A stretch of DNA of 64,000 nt from Octopus sinensis (Eukaryota). The stretch is from positions 44,144,001 through 44,208,000 of the forward strand of contig NC_043007.1 in assembly GCF_006345805.1 (NCBI RefSeq), written 5' to 3'. Below, in pieces: positions 62,713-64,000 of the stretch; within the stretch, counting starts at the first letter, position 1; every line of letters begins with the position of its first letter. The notes beneath the pieces are model-generated. The model was not told the origin of the DNA. It worked only from the letters and a program-made list of their open reading frames with translations, and did not search any database. A program made the translations under genes and the position numbers.

Positions 62713-62774
62713 AAAGGAAGCAACAGAAAGTAACAACCACACTCTTCAGCTAGTATATATATATATATACATAT

Positions 62775-62940
62775 ATACGACGGGCTTCTTTCAGTTTCTG
62801 TCTACCAAATCCACTCACAAGGCTTTGGACGGCCCGAGGCTATAGTAGAAGACACCTGCCCAAGGTGCCACGCAGTAGGACTGAACCCGGAACCATGTGG
62901 TTGGTAAAGAAGCTACTTACCACACAGCCACTTCTATGCC
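62775..62940 (-). mobile_element. tRNA-derived SINE of the most abundant local family
   Basis: cgacgggcttctttcagttt...aagacacYtgcccaaggtgcc...ccacacagcc; other copies near 460-630, 10400-10510, 16600-16725, 27520-27690, 29870-30035, 50480-50640. Confidence 0.8.
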
Positions 62941-63309
62941 TATATAATGACATTTTTTGTTGAATTAATGTGCTTGCATCTTTCATAGACATCTCTCTAT
63001 ATATTATGTTGTACTTATATTATATATGTGATATATAATATATTATATTATATTATACTATATTTTATGTGGTATTTTCCATCTACTATGTATTGTGAAT
63101 GGCAGAATGCACACAATATAATATTGGTATTAATAATAATAATAATATTAATAGTTTTGGTAAGGTAATGAACTTTGTACTTTGTATATGTACCCCTTGA
63201 CGTGGATGTATATGTATACTCCAGTATATATATTTGATTATCTGTAACCTTATGTGTATGTATATTATATATATATATATGATATAATATATATATATAT
63301 ATATATATA

Positions 63310-63349
<40 letters not shown>

Positions 63350-63413
63350 TTGTGTATGTGTATTTTTTTCATATTTATATTTGCATTTTATATTTTTATA
63401 ATTGTACTTTATA

Positions 63414-63541
63414 ATCTCTGACGAGGCCTTGAGATATATATATATCAGTAACTCATTTTTAACTGCATATTACCTCAATACATCTGACTAATATAGGCAG
63501 AATGAGATACCTTTATCTGCATGCTGAAACAGCTGTAAGAT
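63414..63541 (+). ncRNA. Type I hammerhead-like motif with canonical core and long stem II insertion
   Basis: AUCU / CUGACGA / GGC...about 95 nt...GCU / GAA / ACAGCUGU palindrome / A / AGAU. Confidence 0.55.
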
Positions 63542-63707
63542 CCATTTTATATGTATTATTTTTATGGTATTATCTTACTTATTGATGTATATTGTTTTAT
63601 TTTGTTGGATTTGGATGTTCCTATTTATGTAGTTAATAAATAATATGAATTGGTAATATCTGTAAGTCGATGATTGAAATGAATCTGTTCCTCCATTTTC
63701 TTATATA

Positions 63708-63750
<43 letters not shown>

Positions 63751-64000
63751 TATATATGTATGTATATATATATATATATAAATATATATATACATTATAT
63801 ATATATATATGTATATATAAATATATATAACTCACATAAACCACCCCATGACAATCAATATGGACTAACACACCCACACCCACAAATACATGCACACACG
63901 CATGCACGCACGTGCGTACTTAATCATGCAAACACGTTTTCATTCGTTCCCAAAAAAACCCTGCATATATACACCTAAACGGATGCTTCTTCTTCCTCCC

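Overview
AT-rich, repeat-dense eukaryotic DNA. The SINE/LINE families and microsatellite content suggest an octopod cephalopod (inference). The main host gene is a minus-strand TRPT1 (Tpt1/KptA RNA 2'-phosphotransferase family). I assembled it from 8 phase-compatible GT-AG exons over about 40 kb (44233 to 3876): 1092 nt, 363 aa, start codon not found. It has an intact Arg-His-Arg-Arg active-site tetrad and a 138-aa Lys/Glu-rich C-terminal tail. Two more minus-strand exons (1848-2032, 709-783) belong to an unidentified downstream protein with a beta-propeller-like segment. The rest is transposon-derived: a near full-length CR1-type LINE whose ORF1 has polyQ and two CCCH fingers, RTE LINE pieces, a LINE 3' end with three C2H2 fingers, an LTR-less Gypsy pol, Penelope-like elements (one apparently lacking RT), Tigger, Tc1/mariner, piggyBac, Helitron and Sola-like DNA transposons, MITEs, tRNA-derived SINEs and long TA/CA microsatellites. 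The most notable unannotated signal is seven type I hammerhead-ribozyme-like motifs, several at Penelope-type termini. Their cores vary: a compensatory G3-C8 swap, U4C, A6U, and a canonical core with an approximately 95-nt stem II insert. All ribozyme folds were made by eye and their activity is untested.
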